A stretch of DNA of 15,131 bases, from positions 438,952 to 454,082 of the forward strand of contig JAKMXF010000155.1 of assembly GCA_024704765.1 (NCBI GenBank). The letters run 5' to 3'. Each line of letters opens with the position of its first letter. The first letter of the stretch is position 1. The stretch is from Oopsacas minuta. Its lineage: Eukaryota; Animalia; Porifera. The notes under the pieces were generated by a model. It ran no database searches. It saw nothing but the letters and a program-made list of their open reading frames with translations, and had not been told where the DNA came from. The position numbers and the translations under genes are program-made. Positions 1-8,470 of this stretch are shown here, piece by piece.

Positions 1-675
1 ATTAGAGATAGTAACAGGAGATGAAACATGGATACAATTCAAACCACCGATCAGAAAGCAAGATGGCAGGGTATGGCTAAAGAAGGGAGAGGTACCCCCA
101 GCTGTTTGTGTATCCGACTTCCGTGCCCCGAAGGTCTTGTACTGCATATTTTTCGATGGCCTAGGTCCTGTAGCCCAAATCCCTGTTCCCAAAGGTCAGA
201 CACTCCCAGGACAATTTTACGCAGATGTGGTGTTGCCTGAGGTCGAAAAACATTATCTTAAGCGTCGTCCAAAGACCGGAACTCGTGGTCTCAAAATTTT
301 GCACGATGATGCTAGACCGCATAAATCTTTGGCTGTAAGGCAAAAAATTAAAGATATGGGTATGCACGAAGTTCCACATCCACCTTACTCCCCTGATATA
401 GCCCCATGTGACTTCTGGCTGTTTAGAAAACTCAAAGATAACGTCTCCGGATGCGAATTTGAGGATCGGCTCAGCCTCAGTTGGGCAATTTACAGATGCC
501 TTGAAGTCATTCCCAAGGATGAGTACAGAAAGACATTTGAAAATTGGATCAGAAGGCTAAATTTAGTTGTAGCGTATAAAGGTGACTACTTTGAACATTC
601 ATAGCAAAAACTACCAACTTTACACAAGTATTTATAGTTTTAGATGGTATGATTAGTATTTATTGAATGCCCCTG
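1..675 (+). mobile_element. Mariner DNA transposon (3' portion), ending at its TIR and followed by a TA target site (676-677)
   Basis: The transposase stop at 602-604 is followed 71 bp later by ...gtatttattgaatgcccctg|TA. The reverse complement TA|CAGGGGCATTCAATAAATAC fits a mariner terminus. The 5' TIR is outside the window, so pairing cannot be confirmed. Confidence 0.8.
2..604 (+). CDS. Mariner (DD34D) transposase, C-terminal 200 aa, 5' truncated by the window edge
   Basis: The frame is open from nt 2, not only from the TTG at 137: LEIVTGDETWIQF...KVLYCIFFD...ILHDDARPH...PHPPYSPDIAPCDFWLF...GDYFEHS*. Catalytic Asp codons are at 20-22 (DETW), 305-307 (HD) and 410-412 (YSPDIAPCD), with exactly 34 residues between D2 and D3. 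The canonical HDN is HDD here. Confidence 0.97.
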   Translation, partial: LEIVTGDETWIQFKPPIRKQDGRVWLKKGEVPPAVCVSDFRAPKVLYCIFFDGLGPVAQIPVPKGQTLPGQFYADVVLPEVEKHYLKRRPKTGTRGLKILHDDARPHKSLAVRQKIKDMGMHEVPHPPYSPDIAPCDFWLFRKLKDNVSGCEFEDRLSLSWAIYRCLEVIPKDEYRKTFENWIRRLNLVVAYKGDYFEHS

Positions 676-715
676 TAGTTCGCCTTTATTTGATCAAATA
701 TATCTCACAAGGAAA

Positions 716-784
716 TTAGGAGGTCGCGAATTAGAGGGAGAACTTTAGGAGGTCGCCAGAGATACAAGTTCGAGAACCACCCTG
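716..784. mobile_element. Degenerate hAT (Charlie/Buster-type) terminal fragment
   Basis: The sequence ...ggaggtcgccagagatacaagttcgagaaccaccctg resembles the GGGGTCGC...GTTGAGAACCACTG end of Buster/Charlie elements. TTAGGAGGTCGC is duplicated at 716-727 and 745-756. No partner end is visible. Confidence 0.4.
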
Positions 785-1274
785 CTAAATGAATCAATTT
801 GTAACCAAGCATTATTGACAAAACAGGCAATAATATTTTATATTCATGTTAATACTTATTTTCAGTATGATTAGGAAATTGAGTGACTATCGAAGTCGTT
901 TTGATAAATCGTGTAATAGACATTTAAAGGGTCGATATATGAATAACTGGACTCAGCAAACCTAGCGTCGTCGATTAACGAGTCCCTTGATTGGGCTAGG
1001 AGAATATTTTTTGATTGGGATGCTGTCACATTCCTGAGACATTACTCCCGCCTTTGCTATTTGAAAATATTGTCGTATATAGTCAAGTGATCCATCATAT
1101 TGCTTGAAATTTGATGCATACGTAGTACGAATTTGGTGATTAAAAGACGATTTAAAGAGGATTTTGCTTGTAGGGTTCAGGGCAATCCCCAGAACGTATG
1201 TAGGGGGTACTGACTACATATTAAGGAGGTTTGGAGATATCATTCTTGTCATGACTAATAGTGTATAGCTACTA

Positions 1275-3972
1275 CAGGCCCGGTGGAAGCAATTTTTAAT
1301 TGGTCTGGCCAGATTTAACGCGTCGTTGTAGTTAGCTACTAGTTATGACCAATACACTCTAATTAAATTAATATATATTACCTAAAAAACATTCGTACTG
1401 GTTGATAACACCAATAGGAAACAATCTTATCAGTGGAAATGTCCAAACACTGAGAGACGGTGCTCTGAATTAGATACGAAGGAGTTAGCCACTTCAACAC
1501 AAGAGAAGTTGTCAGTATGATCCTTGTGGACATGCAATAGCAGCAAATGGTTCAATCGCTTCTGCTTCATTGTAGTTCGCGGATAGGTCTTCAGAGGCCT
1601 CATAGCAATACATGACCGCTCACTGACAGCATTGGTTGATGGAAGAACGAGGACCAGTTTCAACAGAGTGACACCCTCACTTATCAAGGAACGCTCTGCC
1701 TCTGATAAAGTCTGGATGTATTTCCTGATATCGTGAAAGGACAGTGTTGGAGACATAAAGATTGTCAGGAAATGTTGCCCGAAAAATTTCGAGATGCAGC
1801 CGCAAGTGAGAAGTGTCGAAATCATCAAGGTAGAAGTTGGCTACGAAGTCGAAATATTTTTGGGTGCTCTCTCCGAGGATAGTGTGAATGAGAAGTTCTT
1901 CAAAACGTCTATATAAATTGTAGTCAGGCTGATCAAACCTGTCCTCTGTAACTTTGACTACCAGGTCGAGGGACTCAAAGTAAGACTGACAATAGTGTGT
2001 CTGGCAATCATTGAGAAAATCAACTGGTGCATCATCATCATACCGCTGGGGACTTTCCTCCTTCTTGGAAGCTTAGGCTCACACACATCCAGATCTTGCT
2101 GAGCATGATCAAATGATCTCAAAGGGTAGTGAAGTGGTCATCAGTGCGAAGTGATCTCAGTGTTGTCACTGTCATGGTGGCGATGTTGGCTCCTTCAGAA
2201 GGCAGACATGGATGTTGATTGGAGGGTCCTACTCAAATTGTAAGTGTGTTTTAGAACTAGCTCTGCAAGGTTTATTCCAAAGAAGAAAGTAAAGTTGTCA
2301 AATTGAAATTGAACACCAATGATTCTGCCCTTGATAGTAGGATCGGAAGTGGAATCCCTCACAGCCTCCCATAATTGCTGTAAAGCAACATAGTTGGAAA
2401 AGAGTGGCTTCAGATAAGCCGCACGAACTGTCCAGCGAGTAGGCACAACACGCGGAAGCCTGGTGAATCCAGAGCAAGTTCCTCCTTCAGCTTCTCCAGT
2501 TTTGCTGTTCTCTTGGGCGAGAATTTCAACAACTTTGAAACCTCAAAGGCAACATCCAGTCCATCTTTGGCATGCTTGCACCTTTTGATAGCATCGCCAG
2601 CTGCAAGATTTAAAGCCTGACCATAGCAATGTAGATAAAGGGCACGTGGTTCCTCATCACGCAACTGCTTTGCGACACCACTCTTAGGCCCACTCATATT
2701 GCTGGCACCATCGTAGCCTGTCCTCTGCACTTATTCAGTCCTAAGTTCATTCGGACTAACCCATCTTTGATAACCTTGACAATGGCTGCAGCACAAATGT
2801 CATCGACTGCATACAAGCCAATTGCATCCTCATGGATCTCCAAGGAGCTGTTTCCAATCCAGCGAAAGCAGATGACCAGCTGCCCCTCATTAGAAGCATC
2901 CGTGCACTCATCGCACATGATGGAATAGAATGTAGACTCTTGGATGGAATGCTATATCTCCCGGAGTACTGACAATGCCATAACTTTCAAGAGCTCGTTC
3001 TGGATATCGTGTGAAATGTACAAGTTTGTCTTCTTCTCGAGCCACTCAGTAAGACGAGGATCATCTCTTGCGTGCAGCTTCATAAGTTGCGTGAAGTTCA
3101 AGTCCGTATCACCGTCTCCACGCAGCGGTAACCCTTGCCTGGTTAAAAACTTGAGATTAGAAATAATCTTTAAAAGACACTCCCTGTTGTCTTCTTTGCT
3201 GACAATGCGAAGATGAAAGCATTTCCTCAACATCAGAGCAAGAACGAGGTATAATAATTGACACCTCAACAGCTTCCTTGTGACAATCCGATGACGCGTG
3301 CTTTTGAAAGCAATCGTTGCGTCCTTCCAGTACGAAAATCCCTTCTGCGTGAAAGATGGGTCGGCTTTCTTGGCAGTCATTTTCTTCTTTTGAAGAGACT
3401 TCACGCACAGGTGGCAGAAAACAACATCTTTCTCAATGTCATAGGTCAACCAAGGCCAAATTTCGAAATAATCTGATTGACAGGATCTCATCTCCTGATT
3501 GGCTATCCCGAACGCTCTCTTCCGAAAGCTGAAGGAGGAGCAAGGATGAATTGGATTTTCTGATAATTCAGGAAGAAATGATTGCGTGGACAATGAAGAG
3601 AACGCCATCTAGCCTACCAACACTTATGTTAACTACTAAAGAAATGGTAAGAGGTTGTTAGGAATGTCGGATAAATAATTTGGATAGTGATATTATAGCT
3701 AGACACAACACAGATACGATACTCCACTAGTAGCAGCTGCTAGTAGATAACTATAAATGATATAACTATTACTATGTATAAATACCTAACTAGTAAAATG
3801 TAGCTAAACACTAATTGGCCATTCCTAATTAAGTCATACAAAAAATACCGACATGAAAAATCCTCGCGTTCTATTCTCGATCCAAACTAGCGATAACTCC
3901 GCAGAAAATATTCTTAGCCAAAATTATTGGTTGGGCCATGGCCCGACCGACCCGACCGTGCCTGCGGGCCTG
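1275..3972 (-). mobile_element. hAT DNA transposon (about 2.7 kb) with imperfect TIRs
   Basis: The left end CAGGCCCGGTGGAA (1275) and the right-end reverse complement CAGGCCCGCAGGCA (3972) match at 11/14, with the first 8 identical. Subterminal GGCCATGGCC and CGACC repeats lie at 3934-3958. The ends bracket a hAT transposase. The 8-bp flanks differ (AGCTACTA vs ATTATAAC), so there is no TSD. Confidence 0.8.
1430..3608 (-). pseudogene. hAT transposase pseudogene (TTF-type Zn finger + DUF4371 + hATC dimerisation; 'ZMYM1-like' class)
   Basis: Motifs appear in order across ORF pieces: WPWLTYD...FCHLC...GFSYWKDA/F-KHASSDCH (TTF ZnF), LKFLTRQGLPLRG, FYSIMCDECTD (D1), GYDGASNMSG (D2), HCYGQALNLA (CxxH with H>Q), PTRWTVR, LPSTNAVSERS...KRLNHLLLLHVH (E, hATC). 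Lesions include a 1-bp loss at the T-run 3302-3305, a stop at 2952-2954, frameshifts near 2720 and 2440, and a stop at 2195-2197. Confidence 0.95.
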
Positions 3973-4067
3973 ATTATAACCCTAGTAGTCAGGTAGGGTA
4001 TTTCTAAACTAGATGCCTCTCTTAATCACTAAGGTTATATCTCTAGGTGTTTGAAGGGGGTTAAAGC

Positions 4068-4120
4068 ACTAGTATTTAAGGAGGGTATACAAATACTAGT
4101 CAATCAGGTACACCCTCCTT
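4068..4120. repeat. Two interleaved short inverted repeats
   Basis: ACTAGTATTT (4068-4077) and AAATACTAGT (4091-4100) form a perfect 10-bp IR. AAGGAGGGTATAC (4078-4090) and GTACACCCTCCTT (4108-4120) form a 12/13 IR. Confidence 0.85.
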
Positions 4121-4264
4121 GACAAAAGGGAATTTCGGCACATAGTAAAGTATAATTATTCAAACTCACACATCCCCAACAAATACTAATGAGGACTTAA
4201 GCAAAGAATTCATAATTCCAATATAATATGATTTATATATCACACAGCAATAGAACTTTTGAAG

Positions 4265-4324
4265 GTGCTAAATTCCTCTGAGCGGGAGCTGAGCCCTTTC
4301 TGGCCCCCTTTGGCTACGGACTTG
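4265..4324. mobile_element. Degenerate GC-rich hAT/MITE right terminus
   Basis: The reverse complement CAAGTCCGTAGCCAAAGGGGGCCAGAAAGGGCTCAGCTCCC resembles the CAGGGCCGTAGCCAGGGGGG-type ends of non-autonomous hAT elements. This is resemblance by eye only. Confidence 0.4.
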
Positions 4325-4783
4325 GTGGGCTGTATAGGCAAATTAGCATACTGCTGCTACTGAGAAGGCCAGAAGAGAACGAAAGATTATTCTCCGGCGG
4401 TGGTTCTTATCACAAATCCTGAACCATGGTCATGTGCAACATCTAGAAAAGTATCTTGCATTTGTTCGGGATGTTCACATACAGTTTGCTTAGCTGGCAC
4501 ACTAATATGCTATAGTCCATAAAGTTCTACACCCAACATTATCGAATACGTCTATATATTAATTTTGTTCACGGTTAAGCCTGTTTTTATGGCTCCCAAG
4601 ACTAAAACTAATTCGCAAATCGCATTTTGCACGAATTTTCCGTGCTGATTTGCTTTTCAATTCACTAATCACGAGTACGTAGGCGTTTTCCACTATAGTT
4701 TCCTATTCATTGCCTCATCGTTTCTGAGTAGTAGGGTTAACAGTGTTGCACAACGGGAGTAATCACAGTAAACGGGGTTGGGA

Positions 4784-4814
4784 AACCATATAAACCATAT
4801 ACTAACCATATACT
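4784..4814. repeat. Short tandem repeat, AACCATATA(CT) x3
   Basis: AACCATATA at 4784, 4793 and 4804. The last two copies are followed by CT. Confidence 0.8.
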
Positions 4815-4940
4815 ACCTAAAAATTGAACGATGTGTTATGATTTATTATTGAGGATAAGATGCGAGCGAAGCCAGCCCGAAATTTATAGTCTGTAGTTTG
4901 AGTTCATTAAGATTCTTTAATTTCTTCTATCCCTGCGGGG

Positions 4941-5150
4941 TACAACTGTAGTAATGTACCGGACTATGATTCCTTATAATCGACGCTAGAGGTTATTTTG
5001 AAGTCATAGAGCTCGTGGAATAATGAACAGAGAATTTAGAACACTAAATTGGACAAAATTTGATAAAGTTACAATTATTTTACTATATAAGTCAGATTAT
5101 GGGGATAGATTGCAATAACTGAATGAAGTCAAATTATACTTGATATACGC
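4941..5150 (+). repeat. Long inverted repeat, left arm (210 bp)
   Basis: Reverse complement of 6803-7012 with 7 substitutions and no indels (about 97%). The outer end reads TA|CAACTGTAG. Confidence 0.95.
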
Positions 5151-7010
5151 ACGTATGATATATTTATGGTTACTGAACATGATCGCTCACAGCCACTGTT
5201 CTTCCAATTATCGAAACGTTCATACATCCACATACAATATTTATTTTGATGAGTGTGCTTCCTACAATATATTAAGTCACTCGGGATATACTCATTACAA
5301 AGTGAACTATTCCGAGAATTACGTTGACCCAGTCACTTATGTACACATCCAGAAGATATAAGGGAGTTCGGGAAGTGTAAAAAAGAGACAGAAAAGAGGC
5401 CAGAAAACTAATCCCGAGTTACTTGAGACCCATCTTTTTGAGGCTTGTTAGTGGAGAAGAAACAAGAAAAATTTTCTGGGATTTATTCAGAGAGGAATTA
5501 GAGATATATATGCTGTAATATAAATCATTATTTGTAAACTTCATTATAATAAAATTTTGTTAAGATGTTGGTATTATATGTATAAATATGGTCATAGTCT
5601 ATTTCCTAATACTAGGTATTAGTTAAAATCCTAGGTGTAACCAAATACAGTAAACCCAGTCACTCGATAATCTGATCACTTTCATAAGGGTTCATTCACT
5701 AAAATTATTTGGATAATTATTTATATATAGCAATATATGTTGCTAAGAAAAATGACCCAATATGTTAATCTTAAACTAAAACCTATATAAAGGGTAGTTA
5801 TTGCATAAGCGTAGATTTCTTGAATATCTAAGCAAATGTTAATCTACTCCAGAGCAGACATACATTCGTAAATTTTCTATTTGCATTGTCTTCTAGAAAA
5901 GTAATTCAACAAACGATCGTCCAATATTTCGGCCAATAAGTATCAAACTAGTTGATGTTGTTCAGGACATCGCCAAGGGCGAATAGGAGGTAAAACCCCC
6001 AGCCCGTGATCTGCCAAACCTGTCCCTCGTGCCCTTGGACAATATACTTTTATAAATGGAACAAATTGCAATAAACGTACTTATTAAATTATCCCTTCGA
6101 TTATCCGAAAGTCATATAAATTTGTTCCCATAGGGAGATTGAAAGAGTGAGTGCTCTTATATGAATTCACTACAATATTTAGCTCAGAATGCAAACAAAA
6201 ATTTGGCAGAAGAGTGGCTGTTGTGCGATCATTTACAATAACCATAATTATATCATCTGTACCTGTCTCAACTATCCAGACTAGCCCTGGTCAGTTAACA
6301 GTCTCCATCTATTATAGTTTCGTTCGGAAAATTTGGAATCGTCTATCTCAACGATCTTGCAAGTACCTCCAATAAGTTGAGGGTTCATTAGTATTTCTTC
6401 CAAACAAATATCCTTCATATAACAAAATTAAGGCATTCCTTAATTGCTAGAAGGTATGCCACAATTTTGTAGCTTCATAATTTGAAATAACTATATTACT
6501 GACATTATCCTTTTGTTGTTTTGATTAATATTAAGTATTGTGTTTACTATTGAAAATGTTGCATTCATATTACAATGTTGGGTAGTCATGCTGATTTGCA
6601 ATCATATGGATAGTTGAAGTATTTAGAACTAATCTTAGTTTTCATATGTGTCCAAAGAGTGACTTCATTAATCGTGAACTTTGTTTACTTAGTTTCATAA
6701 CCTCTCCTTTGTAAAACATTATATAGTCAATAACGTGAAATAATTACTCATAGAACGCTGAACGTGTGAGAGTAGTATGAATCAGCAAATTGAATGCAAA
6801 CAGCGTATATCAAGTATAATTTGACTTCATTCAGTTATTGCAATCTATCCCCATAATCTGACTTATATAGTAAAATAATTGTAACTTTGCCGAATTTTGT
6901 CCAATTTAGTGTTCTAAATTCTCTGTTCATTATTCCACGAGCTCGATGACTTCAAAATAACCTCTAGCGTCGATTATAAGGAATCACAGTCCGGTACAAT
7001 ACTACAGATG
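4943..7010. mobile_element. Putative non-autonomous long-TIR DNA element (about 2.07 kb), TA-flanked
   Basis: TIRs of about 208 bp with TA on both outer sides (4941-42, 7011-12). No transposase is recognisable inside. A TA TSD is only 2 bp, so support is weak and local inverted duplication is an alternative. Confidence 0.5.
5963..6038. mobile_element. Small GC-rich hAT-MITE-like relic
   Basis: CAGGACATCGCCAAGGGC... start with an 8-bp IR, CCAAGGGC (5973-5980) / GCCCTTGG (6031-6038). It forms a GC island in AT-rich surroundings. Confidence 0.3.
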
Positions 7011-7012
7011 TA
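6803..7012 (-). repeat. Long inverted repeat, right arm (210 bp)
   Basis: Partner of 4941-5150. The outer end reads CTACAGATG|TA and stops 128 bp upstream of the WNK ATG. Confidence 0.95.
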
Positions 7013-7140
7013 TCGAATTCCTTAAACTTTATAGATATATATTTCTTGTCTTCTTTTGTATTTGAACTTATTTTTGTGCCTTAAAACTTAATTTAAACTA
7101 TCCCTTTACCTAGCTGTGAATTCTTTTATTTTTTGAATTT

Positions 7141-7704
7141 ATGTCTGAGCACTCATTTTCTGGGCGTTTTCGCATTAACTCCGTGAGCAGTACTGATCTT
7201 ATTCCCATTTGCAAGGGAGGCACTTCACATTTTTCAGATATTGTTAAAGAAAAGATATTTGATAACCATAATAATACTAATGCAGTCGACACTCAGCGCC
7301 ACCTATTTACAAATGTAAATACTTCCAAATTGCATCATGGTGATGTTGTCCCAGCTCACCAATTAGACGGATTATATGAAAACTCGTGTTCAAATTTATC
7401 TACTTCTGCATCTGTCGATCTTGTTCTTCCTCGAGAACCTGCTGAAGATATTTATTCATTACATTCTAAACCCCCTGTTTCTGTTGATTTGCGTCTTAAG
7501 ACTACTTCTAATCAGGAGAAACACTCTGAAGATGCATTAGTTACCAGCCGTAAATTGGGGAAGAAAACTGAAGAAATTGTTGATACTGGTCCAAATGGAC
7601 GTTTTCTTAAATTTAGTAAAGAAATAGGAAGAGGTGCATTTAAAACTGTTTATAAAGGTATTGACACAGAGACTGGTGTAGCTATTGCTTGGTGTGAGAT
7701 AAAT
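7141..7704 (+). CDS. WNK: WNK-family Ser/Thr kinase, first coding exon (188 codons; kinase subdomains I-II)
   Basis: ...[39 protein letters not shown] matches WNK1 ([36 protein letters not shown]). The catalytic Lys is in the Gly-rich loop (7642-7644) and Cys replaces the subdomain-II Lys. A GTGAGT donor at 7705 is phase 0. An in-frame TGA at 7117-7119 precedes the ATG. The ORF-track tail VSLIYIFDF is intron read-through. Confidence 0.93.
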
Positions 7705-8327
7705 GTGAGTTTAATATACATTTTCGATTTTTGATTTTTGATTAGATAGTGTTGTTTCTCTATTTCATAATTCATTTATGGCAGTTGAATAGCCGGTTTT
7801 TACTGTTTTGATTATTCCGTTATGTACCAGCCGAGTAAGGTTGCCAACATGTATTATCTCTTTAAGTATTTCTAAATTGTAACCTCTAGACTTTGACTTA
7901 CGATAACCACGATGCTTGATTAGTTGAATGCATTTAGCATTCTCTTATGAGTTTCTCCCTTTAGCTATTCGGTTAGCTACCATGTGCCACTCTTTGAGAC
8001 CTATCAAACTTTTATCTGGCCTCCAATACACATGATAATTGGAATTGAGCCTATAAATTTAAATCATTCGGTAAAAATTTCTCTGGATTTCTACTCTTCA
8101 ACAATTCTAAAATTGCAAATATTGTGTCCTTAAATACTTACATAGCTTAGTTTTTTATGACATTTTGTTATTACGATAGTTCTTGTTCGAACAGAAATGT
8201 ATATATTTGAGTTGTAAAAATCAAATATATATATTTTCTTCAGCTTGTTGGGCATGGTTTCTCATATTCTGATGGGCTATGGCCGCACTTTTAACTTTTG
8301 TATCATAACCACACCTAGTTCGACATA

Positions 8328-8395
8328 TTTGGTCATGTTTGGCCACGTTTGGTCAAGTTTACTAATGTTGATCAAGTTTGGTTAAGTTGGTCATG
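8328..8395. repeat. Degenerate 10-bp minisatellite (TTTGGTCAAG consensus, 7 units)
   Basis: Units: TTTGGTCATG, TTTGGCCACG, TTTGGTCAAG, TTTACTAATG, TTGATCAAG, TTTGGTTAAG, TTGGTCATG. Confidence 0.85.
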
Positions 8396-8433
8396 GATCT
8401 TCAACCCGGCCTAAAATCCACATTTAAAATCTC

Positions 8434-8470
8434 TGACTACAGTTTGGTCAAGTTTGGTCATTTGACTACA
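8434..8470. repeat. Second cluster of the same 10-bp unit, flanked by TGACTACA direct repeats
   Basis: AGTTTGGTCA x2 at 8441-8460. TGACTACA at 8434-8441 and 8463-8470. Confidence 0.75.

Noticed and set aside
28-379. ORFs 28..240 (+) and 161..379 (-)
   Set aside because: Alternative-frame and antisense shadows of the mariner transposase.
860-1130. Coding-like text (MIRKLSDYRSRFDK...; LASSINESLDWARRIFFDW...)
   Set aside because: Needs a frameshift, has stops and no recognisable motif. The antisense frame looks equally plausible.
2944-3476. ORFs 2944..3216 and 3258..3476 (+)
   Set aside because: Antisense shadows of the hAT transposase.
4345-4490. ERLFSGGG resembling the hATC SERxFS motif
   Set aside because: The surrounding residues do not fit the motif and the frame closes quickly.
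5140-5518. ORF 5140..5361 and purine-rich frame KRDRKEARKLIPSYL...FWDLFREELEIYML* (possible LINE tail or captured fragment)
   Set aside because: No recognisable domain. Lengths are within chance for this composition.
6151-6375. 74-aa ORF inside the IR-bounded segment
   Set aside because: GTG start, no motif, not transposase-like.
7110-7292. Minus-strand 60-aa ORF
   Set aside because: Antisense shadow of the WNK exon.
7836-7848. TAAGGTTGCCAAC resembling a TAGGGTTGCCA hAT TIR
   Set aside because: No matching opposite end or TSD in the window.
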